DNA of 64,000 bases from Mobula hypostoma (lineage: Eukaryota): positions 21,700,001 to 21,764,000 of the forward strand of contig NC_086106.1 in the NCBI RefSeq assembly GCF_963921235.1, in the 5' to 3' direction. The notes beneath the pieces were generated by a model that did no database searches, was not told the origin of the DNA, and worked only from the letters and a program-made list of their open reading frames with translations. Positions 37,735 to 51,330 of the stretch are shown here, piece after piece (within the stretch, counting starts at the first letter, position 1; each line of letters starts with the position of its first letter). The position numbers and the translations under genes are program-made.

Positions 37735-39689
37735 CCTCTCCTCAGGAAAGGACATTTTTGATCTGTGGGAGCAACATTTTTAGCTAAAAATTATAAAATG
37801 TGAAACAATACACATATCACACCTCGTAACAACATAACAATTCGGAGGACCATTATATATTACCTCTACCTTTAATGTGAGTTAACGTGAGATCATACTC
37901 TTCTTAAATCAAACTCCAATACAAAATCTTCCTACTTGTGTTTTACATTTTACTCAAGAACACCAATGGATTATGATCTGTATATACAAAAATTGTTTTT
38001 TGAGCTGTACAGCCAAAGACATCAAAATGCTGCAAAACCTATACAAGTGACAATAATTCCTTCACTATTGTGGAATCATTTATTTGATGCTTGTTGAATT
38101 TCTCTTAAAAAGTAAGCCACAGGATGTTTAATATCACCATGATCATCTCTTTATAATAACAATTCTCCTCAGACTCGTCACTGGTATCCACTCCTATGGA
38201 AAATGGCATTGCAAAGTCAGGTGACATGAGGACAGGTTGATGACACAAGATGCCTTTCAATTTGTCAAATGCCTTCTGCCAAGACGCTGTCCAAACAAAT
38301 ATCTCACTTTTCTTCAGGATTTTGGTTAATGGAAGGTCAATATCACCAAGGTTCTAACAAAACTTGCGACAATATCCGACCAATTCCAGAAATTTTCGAA
38401 GAGCCTTCTTACCAGTTCGACTGGGAAACTCAGAGATATCCTGAACAGGAAACAACCTGCCCAGACCTACAACTTAACCAAAATAGGTAGCAGTTGCATG
38501 GCCAAATTCGCTCTTAGCTAAGTGAAAGGTAAATTTGGCTTTCGAGAGCCTTTCAAACAACATTTCTACTACAGAGAAATGGACTTCCCATGTGTCATTT
38601 CCTGTCACCAAGTCTGAAATGTTCCCGAGGTGTTATTCATTCCAAATGGCAGAACATTGTGTTCACACAGCGCAGAAGATGTTAAAATGCAGAAATTTCT
38701 CTACCTCCATTAGTTGTGGAACAGACCAACACCATTTTAGCAGATCGATTTTTGTAAGAAACCTAGCCTTCCCACCTTGTCTACGCAAACATCTACTGTA
38801 GGGATTGGATAAGTGTCGGGTTCTGTTACAGCATTCAGCTTTCTGTAATCAGTGCAAAACCTGGTACTGCTATCTGGTTTAGGTAGCCTGACACAAGGTG
38901 ACTGCAGACTGCAGTAGAATGGCTAATGGTACCATTTTCTTACATGTGCTCAATTTCTGGATCAGATAATTTAGATTTGTAAACATTCATTCGATATGGA
39001 TGCTGTTTTATATGTTTGGCATCAACAACCTCTACATCATGTGCGGCTACTGTTGTTCATTTTGGAACATCAGGGAACAAATCGCGATATTTCATGATCA
39101 ACTACTGCAGTTTTGCCACTGCTGTGGTTGTAATTGCGCCGGTTTTTCATCAAAGTTTTCTAAAATTGTGCAATTTCGCAATCTAGCCAGAAAAATGTTT
39201 AGTTCAAAGCGGCCGTCAGAAGGATCATCCAGAAAATATTCAGAGATCTCAGATCCGTCCAGATTCAGAGCAGCCGCCACTACTGCTGTTGGCATTTCAT
39301 AGTACGGCCTAAGCATGTTAATGTGTCAGATATGTGTTTACCTCCTTCTATCTGGAGATTTGACAACATAACCTGCATCATTTAATTTGGACGCGATTTC
39401 GTAGGCACAACGGAATTTGGCACGCAGATAATTTGTCTTCAGAGGGAAAATAACGAGTACCTTATCTCCTGGCTTGTATGTCCTTGCTCTAGCTCTCTTA
39501 TCATACCAGGTCTATATTTTATTCTGAGCAGATATTATTTTTTCCCTAGATAGGTTCCAAGCAGTCTGCAATCTCTCCTTGAATTTTAAAGCACAGTCCA
39601 ACAAATTTGTATGCAGGTCATTATTAGTTCATTGCTCATTTATCAATTCCAAAGGACCTCGAACATGGTGCGCAAACACAAGCTCAAAC

Positions 39690-41206
39690 TGTCATACGGC
39701 TGGTGGCTGGGAACGGACCCAAGTGCAAGACACAGACACTGCAGTACTAGGGACAGGACTAGGATACAATGCGATGGCAGGGACATGGACAGCAAAACCG
39801 GGGACCCGGAACAGGAGTGGACAAAAGAGCTAGGAGCCCGGGCTTGGACTCCGAGCCAGAGACTGGACAAGGTCCCAGTACCTGGGTCTTACCTCTGGCT
39901 CGAACCCCAGAGCCCTGCAAGGACGAGGCTTGGAGACTTAAAGACATGAGGCAAGGCTTGGCAGGAGGCAGGAGATTTGAGGCGAGGCTTGGCGGGAGGC
40001 AGGAGACTTGAGGCGAGGCTTGGCAGGAGGCTAGATCCTTCAGGCGAGGCTCGGCAGGAGGCTAGAGACTTGAGGCGAAGCTTGGCAGGAGGCTAGACAC
40101 TTGAGGCGAGGCTTGGCAGGAGGCTAGAGACTTGAGGCAAGGCTTGGCAGGAGGCTAGACACTTGAGGCGAAGCTTGGAAGGAGGCTAGAGACGAGGCGA
40201 GGCTTGGCAGGAGGCTAGAGACTTGAGGCAAGGCTTGGCAGGAGGCTAGACACTTGAGGCGAGGCTTGGAAGGAGGCTAGAGACGAGGCGAGGCATGGCA
40301 GGAGGCTAGAGACTTGAGGCAAGGCTTGGCTGGAGGCTAGACACTTGAGGCGAGGCTTGGAAGGAAGCAGGAGGCTAGAGACTTGTGGCGAGGCTTGGCA
40401 GGAGGCAGGACACTTGAGGCAAGGCTTGGCAGGAAGCAGGAGGCTAGAGACTTGTGGCGAGGCTTGGCAGGAGGCAGGACACTGGAGTTTTCAGGCTTGA
40501 TGCTAGAGACCAGAGACCTGAGGTGAGGCTAGATGCTAGATAGAGGAAGCAGGCTGGAATCTTCAGGCTTGAGGCTTGGCAGGAGGCTGCAGTCTTCAGG
40601 CTTGAGGCTAGGCAAGAGACTGCAGTTTTCAAGCTTCAGGCTTGTCAGGAGATTGGAAACTTCAGACTTGAAGCTAGGCAGGAGGCTGGAGTCTTCAGGC
40701 TTGAGGCTAGGCAGGCTCCTCCGGGGCAGGGCGCTGTGCTTCTGGGCAGGGCGCGATTCACCTGGGCAGAAGGCGGTACTCCTGGGCAGGGCGCGGATCA
40801 CCACCCGACGGAGGCAAGGGACAGGAAGGGACAGAACCAACCGCAGGTAACGGCAAGATGGCCTGGCTTGCCTGGGTGAAACCAAGGGACAGGAAGTGAG
40901 CTAGGTACAGGGTGGCTCCAAGACAAGACTGCAGGCAAGACGAGGCGAGAGTTACCAATAAGACAAGGCAGGGCTTCAGGCAAGGAAACAGAAGGCAGAG
41001 CAAGGGATACAAGGAATAAGGACAAAAGCAATCCAGCAAATGCTCTCTGGTCTCTGGAGGTATTTATGCAGCCATCCCAATGAGCATCAGCTGCCTCAAT
41101 TAGAGCTAAACAATAATAGAAACAGGGTAAACAGGAAAACCTGGAGCAAGAGTCGATGGACCAGACGGTGATCTGGAATATGGATTTCATGGACCGGACC
41201 ATGACA
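39690..41206 (-). mobile_element. Solo-LTR-like element with expanded minisatellite, inserted in the integrase of element A
   Basis: Reverse complement of the 26847 family, with TGTCA/TGACA ends and flanks CAAAC/CAAAG (5-bp TSD with one mismatch). Confidence 0.8.
39955..40725. repeat. Minisatellite: about 31-bp unit (GCTTGGCAGGAGGCTAGAGACTTGAGGCGAG) followed by an about 33-bp unit
   Basis: More than 15 head-to-tail copies of the first unit and several of the second, with no unique spacers. Confidence 0.9.
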
Positions 41207-42605
41207 CAAAGGGGCTAAATCCTAGGGACACTAGCACAGTCTCCCTTACTGCAAATAGAATCAAATGGAATTCTTCATATCAATCCTTCTCATTATCAAA
41301 ACAGAATGTGCTGATCATGGTTTTGACGGTAGAATGAAATTGTATTAAAGCCCCTTGGGATTCTGGATGATACGCAGAAGATGTAAATTGTTTGGCTCCC
41401 AGATCAGAAATTATCTGCTGGAATAAACCTGGCATAAAATTACTTCCGTGATTGGACTGGATTTTTTCTGGCCAACCAAATAGGTGAAAGCTTTCATGAG
41501 AACCTTCGACACAGTTGGAACTTTGAGAGGAATTGCATCTGGAAATATATATGCTGTGCACAGGATGGTTCGCAACTACTGATGACCAGCTCTAGTCTTT
41601 GGCAGTGGGCCTACAAAATCTACAATAACTTTTGAAAAGGGTTCACAAAATGCAGAAATAGTATCTAGTGGAGCCACTGGAGTTACCTGATTAGGTTTAC
41701 CCACAACCTGACAAGTGTGACAATTTGGCAAAATATCACAATATCTTTCCTCAGGTCAGGCCAGAAGAATTGTTTCAAAATCCTGTCCACAGTTTTATTT
41801 ACACCAAAATGTTCACCCAAGGGCATAATATGCGCCAAGATTAAAATCTCATGCCTATAGACCTTAGGAACTGCAGCCTGGTGAACAATTGCCCATTCCT
41901 CACTTGCAGGGATATCAGGTGTTCGCAACTTTATTAACATTCCATTGCTGAAATCGTACCAAACTGGCATTTTCTCCTTCTCATCACCTGAGATATCTCT
42001 CTCTCAATGCAGAAATCTCAGTGTCTCTTCTCTGTTCCACTATAAACTCCTTCCTGGATAGAGACAATCTTTATAGTCAAACATGATACAAGGATCCTAG
42101 TCAAACAGTGAAGGAAGGAAAGTCACTAACAGGTCATCAGAACCTAAGTCCTGTTTTAGGCATTCATGGGTGGCAGAATCATTCTGCATCGGAACAGTTG
42201 CATTGGCAAGCTTTTTGGCCATAGCTCGAGTTACTGCGCAGGATGGATAAATATTTAAGTCCATCTTTGGATCATCAGTCATTGGCTTAGTCGTCAGTTG
42301 CTCTACAGGGACAACTTCGCCATCTGCTAGGCAATTCCCTAACAACAAAGAAACACCATTCACCGGTGAACTGATTAATCGTCCCATCTTGACAAGTCCT
42401 GAAACTAAAACTTAACTTGTTTGAGGTACAGAAACAATGTTGCACCCAATGACTTGTATAATATTCACTTCACCAATGGTAATCTCATCGCAAACTCTAG
42501 AACATTGTCGAACAAGAGGACTGAGAAGCCCCAGTATCTCGAAGATGTTTCACTGACAAAGGGGTGACTCTTCATTCACTGAAACAGATCGCTCTGACAC
42601 AAAAG

Positions 42606-43498
42606 TGTCACGAACTCCGTGACGGGATAAAAATGTATATCCAGTCATATAAATGTATATAAGTCAAACAGGTTAACAATGATTATATAAGTAAGTAACT
42701 GTGGAAATATATGTATGAAAAAACAAGCTTTTTTATGTCGAGGGGTAAAAAGATACAATCTTACGATGATGGGTAAAGTTCAGTTCAGTTCGTAGTATTT
42801 AGTTGAGTAGTGATGGAGAGAGCGGGATAGAGAGGTTTGAGTCTTCAGGTGAGCTGACACCGTCGATCTTCTCGTTGTCCTTCGAAATCCTATAAAAGAC
42901 ACCGAATGTGACTATAAGAAAGGGGACCGGTTTTTTTGTGGTGTATCTGTCCCCCTGACGCGGGTGGACACATGGACAACTCCCCACCCGTCAATCCCTT
43001 TTTCAGTTCTTTCCACTGCAAGAGCGATGGATCGATCCGCCTGATAGATCCTCCAAAACCGACTTTTTCTTGCGGGGACTACAATGCACAATCAGTGTCC
43101 AGAACATGTGTCCAAGGTCTTATCACCAGACCTTTTATTTTAACTCCCCTTGCTGAGCATCAACTGCTATTCAAATAAATCGTCCTTCCTCTCCGTGAAA
43201 GAAATGCAAACAGGCAAAAGTCCTTGAAGAAGTACGAACCACCTGTCGAAAATTATAATATCAATTGTCCATTTAATAACGCCCTGGGTCACCATATCAA
43301 CTTAAGAGCTGCTCTGTGCTGTCTCCAACTCGAACTCAGTAGAAACCCAAAGTTACTTCCAGTGCCTTAAAGTGACATTCCAACTGTTAGTCTTCGTCCC
43401 TTTCTCTCTCTTTTACAAACAAGCTATCGATGGTAAATAACTCTCCCTCTCTCTTTTCGAAAGCACAGTTCATAGGGGTAATTCAGGATCATGTCACA
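42606..43498 (-). mobile_element. 3' LTR of Gmr1-like element B
   Basis: PPT GAGGAAGGGGAG (43510-43499) directly precedes TGTGAC; the element ends ...GTGACA at 42606. Confidence 0.75.
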
Positions 43499-43599
43499 CT
43501 CCCCTTCCTCAGAGAAAATAAAATTGACGAAGACGATTTTTTTCCCCAAATGTAAATTACAGAGTTTGAAACAATACAGGTAAAAATCATCAGATGACA

Positions 43600-46500
43600 G
43601 AGCAAAAATGTGCCAGTGTCTAAATTAACGTCTGGATAAGCAATCAGCTATAATATTGTCAGTAGCGTTCACATGTTTGATTGTTAAGTCACATTCTTGC
43701 AATATCAGACTACAGCTTAACAACCTTCTATTCTTATCCTTCATCTCATTTAGAAACACCAATGAATTACAATCCCTGCAAACCACAAGGGGTCTCTGGG
43801 CAACAGAAAGATTTTGAGGTCTCTGAACATAGACGTTAAAATATTGTAAGGTCACAATAAGTGCTAATAATTAATTTTCAACAGTTTTTTTTCCGGTGTA
43901 CATTAAAGTTCTTTGAAAAATAAGCTACTGGATGCTCAATGCCATTCACTTCCTTCTATAACAGTACCGTCCCAGAATCTTCGTCAGTAGCGTCTGTTAC
44001 TATAGAACATGGCTTTGAAAAATCATGTGCTTTGAGCACAGGATGATAACACAAAATGGTTTTCAAACGTTCAAAAGCATCCTAGTAGAGGATATTACAT
44101 ACAAATATTTCACTCTTCCCTCGGAGTTTTGTTAGGGCGAGAGCGATGTCAGCAAACATTTTACATTACTTATAATGACTCTTAACCATTCCCAAAGACG
44201 TTCTTAAAGCGTTTTTTTTTTTTTTTTGTTTTGTTTTGTTTTGTTTTTTATTTCCCAGTCGGAACATGAACTTCTGCAATAGCTTGAACCTTGGCGTGTA
44301 CTGCAGACAGTTGGCCTTGGCCCAGCACATTACCCAGATATGTAACTGTGGCAATACACATCAAATTTGCTGGCGATCGCAGCAGGCTAGGCAGCATCTC
44401 TAGGAAGAGGTACAGTCGACGTTTCGGGTCGAGACCCTTCGTCAGGAATAACGGAAGGAAGAGCTAGTAAGAGATTTGAAAGTGGAAGAGGGAGTGGGAG
44501 ATCCAAAATGATAGGAGAAGGCAGGAGCGGAGGGATGGAGCCAAGAGCTACAGGTGATTGGCGAAAGGGATACGAGAGGATCATGGGACAGGAGCCCAGG
44601 AAGAAGGACGGTGCCATGGCCAAACTCACTTTCAGCGGTTTCACAGTAAGATTGGCTTTGCAAGGTCTGTCAAACAGTTTCTCTACAGCTGCAATATGCT
44701 CTTTACACGTGTCATTCCAGACCACTAAAACATTGATATAAACCCCTGTGCTTTCTAACCCTCCAATCACAGAATTGATTATTCTTTGAAATGTCACTGG
44801 TGCATTTTTCATCCTGAAGGGCAAAACATCGTATTCATACAGTCTAGAGGGTGTCACAAAGGCTGATATCCCTTTAGCCCTTTCTGCTAAAGGAATAACC
44901 CAGTATCCATTTAACAAGTCATTCTTAATAAGGTATTTAGCCTTCCCCACTCTATCAATATACTCATCCATTCTCTTTCCTTGTTCTTTCTTGCTTCTAA
45001 TTCCTTCTTTAACCATTTGACTTTCCTCAAAGTTCACTCCGTGATTATGCATTTTCATAGGCTGGGCTGAATTTACAATGACGTGATGAACTGCACCTGT
45101 GCACCATTTCAAAATGCAGTCCAGGATCCAACTGATGGACCTTATCAGTAATATTTTCCAAAACAATGGAATTCTGACATTTTCGGTGAGATTAGATTTA
45201 GTGGGTAAACATGCTTTTCCACCCCATTACCAGATTCCACGACTCCATTTTGTTCCGTAACAATTCTTCCGGCTGCAGTTCTAGCAAACAAGTATCTTAT
45301 TTTATTCGACCATCTTGTAAACTTTCCTTTGCAAGGACACAAAGCTTACGAAATCCCTTCCAAAATTTGAAAGCATAATTAAACACACTGACACATAATT
45401 CTAAATCAGACCAGAGTTCTTTGGTAGGGTCAAAGGTCCATTTGGCCTGTAACTGAATACAGGTTCCAACATACTACACTTCACTACCTTCTGAATCGAA
45501 ACACCAACAATAAATAAGAGGAGGGGAACCCTCTCAATCCAGTCCCCCCCCCCGCCCCCATTTCTCACACAATGTACTTTAATCATGGTTATAAGAGTTG
45601 AGTTAATCCGTTCCAAGGCTCCCTTGGACTCGGTGTGATATGTAGATGACACCATGTGCTTAGGTTCCAATTGTCAAATTATCCCCTGGAATGTTCCCTG
45701 AGTAAAGTTATTACCCTAGTCAAATTAAATTTCTTTGAGCAGACCGACCAGTGTGTAAAACTTACTGAATGCTGTTACCACAGTCTTGGCCTCCGTTTTT
45801 TTTTTCAAAAGACTCTGCTTCAGGGGACGAAGACAGAGCACACACAAATGTTAACACATACTGAATGACCCCACCTTGACCGTTACAGCAAGTCCTGTAA
45901 AAATTAACAACATCCATTCTTAAACTAGATCAGTCAAATTCCTTCATAATCTTGTTCACTGTCTGTCTCACTCCATGATGTCCCCAAAAGGCATATTGTG
46001 AGCCATATTTAAAATTTCAGCCCTATAAACTTTCAGAACCACCACGTGACTTGCCGGCACAGTGGCTGTCTCCAGCTCCTCATCAAAACCCCATTTTTAA
46101 GGGAGGTCCCCCATGTCTTTCTCTGAACCTCCTCTCCTGTGAAAGCTGTCCCCAATAAAGCCACTATTCCAGAATCTCGCTTCTGTTCCACTGCAAATTC
46201 CTTCCTCAATAAAGACAAACATTTCTCATACAGCTTACTTTTATCAGCTGTACTCTCCTCTAATTCCTGCTGAAACCTGGAAGGTAGAAACGTCTGTGAC
46301 ACATCATCATAATTTAAACCTCTGGTTTTACTATCATAGTCCTCAACAGGCTGCATACTCATCAGTTGAACTGCTATATCAACCTTATCTTGGAGAGGTG
46401 TCAACATGCTTCCATTGTTTACCAAACACAGTACCATCACCAGTCTTAAGAGAATCATGTATACATTATGGAAGAGAATGAACAATTCACCCATCTGAGT

Positions 46501-47200
46501 ACGAGCTTCACTATACTTTGCTTCCATAGCAACTTCCACTCCAAAACCATAACAATTCTTCTTTTCCTCAACAACATAACCTTGCAGGAATCCACATGTC
46601 CAAACAAAAATCAACAGAGTAGCGCATCATTTATCAGTTGGCTTTTGTCCTGCAAGCAGTGTAAAGGTCGCACAACCAATTCAACATTGCCAACTCTTTA
46701 TCCAAAAGTCCAGAAACAGCACTTTTCCCATTATTTTCGGCAACACTTACCTCATCAATTTCCACTTGTTCACCAGCTTTTAAAACATGGTCTAATGCAA
46801 GTGACTGAGAATCCTTACATTCCACTGGTACCAAGGTTAACCCCTTATTCACTGAACCAAGATCATCTGACACACAAAAACTGCATTCCTTTTCAACCAA
46901 GCCAGCCACCTCAGACTTCAACTGAGCTTTAACGTAAGGTTCAGAATCCTGTGAATCCACAGGTACTTCAACAACCTGAACACATTCAGTCGGAACAGCT
47001 GCCTCTTCTAGTCTGTCATCACTTGTCCCAGTTTCAAATTCAACTTCAAAATCAAACGAAGAAAAGGTTGTGAAAGGGAACAATGTGCTTCGATAAATGC
47101 GAGAAACAGACAGTAAAATACCCCAATGGTAAGAGAATCAGGTAGAACAGACAAAAGACAATAAATTCTGCAAAAATCTTACCTTACTATTCTCTGCTGG
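43600..47200 (-). mobile_element. Gypsy (Gmr1-like) element B internal region, PR-INT-RT-RH order, degenerate
   Basis: INT remnants (LKNGVLMRSWR; STYHTESKGALERINSTL) at 45400-46300 precede RT (DLLNGYW...LPFRMKNAPVTFQR) at 44600-45170 and RH (QRPLVV...DNIIADCLSR) at 43625-43855. Confidence 0.85.
44355..44608 (-). mobile_element. Penelope-type 3' end fragment inserted in the RT of element B
   Basis: GCAGCAGGCTAGGCAGCATCTCTAGGAAGAGGTACAGTCGACGTTTCGGGTCGAGACCCTTCGTCAGGA motif interrupts the RT. Confidence 0.75.
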
Positions 47201-47889
47201 TGAATAAACAGCGAAGAACAATAAAATACAATGTTCCTTGCGTGCGGGTTTGCCAATTTTTGTGACACTGATATGTTGGAGATTATCTCTTTGGGATCAA
47301 CGCCTCAGCAAAAAAAAAAAAAAAAAAATTATGAACCCATTAATTGTAATCTGTTGGGAACAAATATGAGGATAACCCATGTATTTGAGAAGAGGTGGAA
47401 TGACCAGCATGTCATTTCCTTGCAGTTCTTCTGTCATTTAAGAATATTATAGATTATGATATAGAACACTGGACGAAAAAGGGAAGTGAGAGGTGATAGT
47501 GGACGACTAGAAAAATGATGGTGAGGTAATAATTGGGGAGAAAAATGGTGGATAAACTTAATGCGGCTTCACTGGCTTCACTGGCTTCACTGTGGAAAAG
47601 GCGAGCGATGTGCAGGCGTCCGCGAATGGCAGGAGGCATGGGGAGTATTATTGATATTACAAACGACAACTTGCCAGCCAACCTCAGAGGTCTTCACGTG
47701 GATAAATCACGTGGACCGGATGGATTACCTCCAACAATCCTGAGAGAGGTTGCTGAAGACATAACGTATACTTAGGTTATGATTTTTTCAAGAATCAGTT
47801 GTTTCTAACATGGACAGGAACGAGTAGATCATTGAAAATGTCACCCCACTCTTTAAGAAGGGAGGAAGCCTCTCAACGTCAGTAAACTC

Positions 47890-48535
47890 AAGAGCTGATT
47901 TGTGGACTTTCGGAAGTGTCAGGCGAGGGAACACAAACCAATCCTCATAGAGAGATCAGAAGTGTAGAAAGTGAACAGTTTAAAGTTCCTGCCTGTAAAG
48001 ATCTTTGACGATCCAATCTGCTCCCAACATCTCATGTAAGAAGGCAAGACAACGGTTATACAATATTAGGAGTTTGAAGAGATTTGGCATATCAACAAAT
48101 ACACTCAAAACTTCTCCAGATGTACCATGGAGGGCATTTTGACAGGCCGTATCACTTTCTGGTATGTGTGTGTAGGGTGGGGGTGGAGTTAGCGGGCTAT
48201 TCAACAGGACCGAAAGATGCTGGGGAGTGTGTAAAACTGGTCAGCTCCATCTTGGATACCAACCTTCAAAGTACGCTGGACATATTCATGGAGGGTTGTC
48301 TCAGAGAGGCAGCGTGCATTATTAAGGATCTATAGCACCCAGGACATGCCCTTTTCTCACTGTTACCATCAGCTATGAGGAACAAAATTAGCAAGACACA
48401 ATAGCTTCTTGCCCTCTGCGGTTCGATTCCTAAATAGATATTGAACCGTTGGACACAACCTCCCGTTTTTGATATACAATATTTCTGCTTTTTACTGTTT
48501 TCTTTAATCTATTCAATATTCGTATACTGTAATTG
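47890..48535 (+). mobile_element. Rex1/Babar-like LINE 3' fragment
   Basis: Homologous to 1775-2257 (AGGACATGCCCTTTTCTCACTGTTACCATCA). Confidence 0.7.

Positions 48536-48538
<3 letters not shown>

Positions 48539-48604
<66 letters not shown>
48539..48604. repeat. Perfect (TAA)n(TTA)n inverted microsatellite, 66-bp palindrome
   Basis: Symmetric about 48571/48572 with 33-bp arms and no spacer. Confidence 0.9.
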
Positions 48605-48614
<10 letters not shown>

Positions 48615-48689
48615 TCTATCTTCTATATTATGCATTGTATTGAACTGCTGCTGCTAAGTTTAATAATATCAAGTCAAATCAAGATTATA

Positions 48690-49414
48690 AACCTCATTTG
48701 GATTCTTGAAGGCAAAATGAAGGAAATATTCGGCCAGATAACCTAACCTCAGTGGTTTAGAGGGCGTTGAAAACTATTCTCTGAATTAGGTTTCGGGATA
48801 GCTGGTGACTAATGATAGAATAATTCTAAGTAAGCATCGCTTCCGTGAAGGGAAATCTTGCCTGATCAGATAAAATCAACAGGCTTACAAGAAGGGTACT
48901 GATTTGGATGATAAACAGCCGATTGGCAGGAGCCAATGAGGTTGAATAAAATGCTATTTTTTTTCTGGTTGACTGTCAGTAACTAGTGTTTTTCCTTGGG
49001 GGTCATTATTAGGAACGCTATTTTTCATATTTTTTGTCAATAAGTTAGATAATTAAATTACTGTCTTTAAGTCAATGTTTGCGTATGATACGAGCAAATG
49101 TGGAGTAGTACGTAGTGCGGAGGAAGCTATGCGATTGCATCTGTAATTAGACAAGTTGAAAGCATAGGCAGAAAGCTAACAGATGGAGTACAATTTGAAG
49201 GAAATATATGATAATGCATTTTGGTAAAAGGAAATAGGAAATATATGATCTATATGGAGAGAAGGTTCAAACATCAGAGTTGTAGATGGACGTAGGATTA
49301 CCCCTGCAAGAGTGCCAGAAGGATAGTTCACACACTCATACTTTGGTAAGGAAGGCAACTGTAATACTGTTAGCTAATTCAAAGATGATGATGATAATAA
49401 TAATAATAACAATG

Positions 49415-49451
<37 letters not shown>

Positions 49452-50050
49452 ACAAAACCAAGGCGATAATGATCAGTCTTCAACGAAAACTAGTCAGGAA
49501 GCACTTGGAGAATTGTAGTTTAGGCCAACATATCCCAGAGACGATGTCTAACCATTGGAGTGAAGTTAGAAGAGGTCCACAAGTTTCGGGAATGAAGCGT
49601 TTCACAGACCAGGAGAGATTGGCAGCTTTGGGCCAATACTCACATGAATGTAAAATAATGCTGGAGGATCACATTAAAATGTAACAAATGAAAGGACGAC
49701 AAAGTGTGCATGTGCAGAGCACGTTACCCGTAGAGTGATATCTAGGAGTACAGGACACAGTCTCAAAATTGTGGGAATGTTTTTTTTTGGAATGGGTAAG
49801 CAGGAATTTATTTGGCCAGAGAGTAGTAAATCTATAGATTGCTCTCTCACAGACTGCAGTGGAGGGCATGTCCGGTGGTATATTTAAGGCAAAGTCAATA
49901 CATTCCTGATCGTTCAGGTTATCAAAAGATATGCCGTGAAGGCGGATGCACGGGGTTACGTGGGATTCTGGATAGATAACGGACCAGACACAATGGTCTA
50001 TATGACTCAATAGTGCTCCTATGTCTTATGATCGTATGGTCTTATGGGAA
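48690..50050 (+). mobile_element. Old CR1 RT and 3' remnant with internal (ATA)n at about 49395-49450
   Basis: Degenerate CTTCCGTGAAGGGAAATCTTGCCTGA, RT thumb blocks and an ATGGTCTTATG tail. Confidence 0.65.
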
Positions 50051-50059
50051 GGCACCAAT

Positions 50060-51330
50060 TATAAAGCAGTAGGAGAATGAGAAAACCTGGAAAATGAAGA
50101 TAAAGAGCCGGACATGATAAAATCTGATAGGACTTGATAATGGACTATTGGAGAGAGGAATACAGGTGACAATTCAAAGAGAGTTTATGGGTAGGTGAGA
50201 AGCGGTTAGGGGCCAGAATGTGTAATATAAAATGGCTGAGTAGGAGGAGGAGAATGTGTTTGTTTTCTTTTAATTTTATCATTAGAAGAAGTCATTACTC
50301 GTAATAAAAAGGTTGGAGTATACCATGAATTGGAATTGAAACGTTTGGCCACTAGGAAGTGAACTTTTTCCCATATGGTGCAGAGGTGCACGACGTAGCG
50401 GTCACACAAGTACGACGGGTGTCGCTAGCGTAGAGGAGGCCACAACGCGAGCACGAGGCACAATATATGACTCCAGCCGTTTCCCATGTGAAATATTACC
50501 TAACCTAGCTGGTCTGTTTGTGGCCGTAATGAAGCTGAGGGCGGATGTGAATGAGTAAACCTCGTTGGTGGCTTGTACGGCTAAATATCGTTGAGACAGT
50601 AGTGGCGAAGAAATGATAGGCAAAAGATTCACGGAAGGAGTGTTTTTTTGGTGTGATTATTTTGGGCATGACGGAATATGTGGGATGATATCTGAAATGT
50701 GGAGACTTAAAAGGTGGTAGGTACGTATAAGAGGAGCCATCAGTTTGAAGCCGGTAGAAACATGAATTGAGCGGGATTTTGGGGACACGGGTGTGTAGCG
50801 CATCAGGACACCATCTGTAGTAGAAGAAAATAAACTTCGTTCTTTGAAGAGTATATCTGATGTCCTGGAAAGGAAAGGAAAGACGCATCCTGGAAATAGA
50901 TGCGTCGGAGATGATGGCATTGAGAGAAGAGAATTACTTTTCTTTTCCTGGAGGCAGGGTGGAAGATGATATAGTCAAGATGAATTTGAGAATGAGTAGT
51001 TTCATAAAATAATTCGATCTACAATTCGTTTCGGGAGATGAAGACAGAGGGAACTAGAAAAGAGAGGGGTGTGTAACACATAGACGAAGACGAATAAGGG
51101 CCAGGTGGAGGTCAGAAGCAACGTTAGTGAAATGTACAACTAGGGCGTGAGTGAACGAAGTTCTACCATGTTTTATTTTCTGGAATATGCATCCAAAAAT
51201 GATTCGATGAATATCGCAGATAAGGTTGCTCAAATAGGATGAATTACATAGTAGTATAATAGTAAAGTAAGCATAGCCATAAGAGCAGTATCAGGAAATT
51301 TGGCTCATCGAGGCTGCACCGCCATTTAAT
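50060..51330 (-). mobile_element. Degenerate Penelope-like element
   Basis: GIY-YIG-like block at about 50420-50480, homologous to 22830-22900, and a THLFPGCVFPFLSRTSD...LFSST RT-thumb-like remnant. Confidence 0.55.

Larger units (their letters stand above)
37800..42605 (-). mobile_element. Gypsy (Gmr1-like) element A internal region, PR-INT-RT-RH order, degenerate
   Basis: LRDTGASQS protease (about 42520-42545); INT zinc finger (HFGVNKTVDRILKQFFWP) and core (SAYHPESQGAL) at 41280-41970; INT C-terminus NMLRPYYE at about 39300; RT (YPIP..DKVG, TKIDLLK) at 38400-39000; RH (VYTDHNPLVFL) at about 37950-38150. Confidence 0.85.

Noticed and set aside
39955-40725. Regular repeats that might be read as a CRISPR array
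   Set aside because: They are head-to-tail minisatellite units with no unique spacers, in a eukaryotic context with no cas genes.
49286-49684. ORF with a poly-Ile stretch
   Set aside because: It is an (ATA)n microsatellite inside an old CR1.
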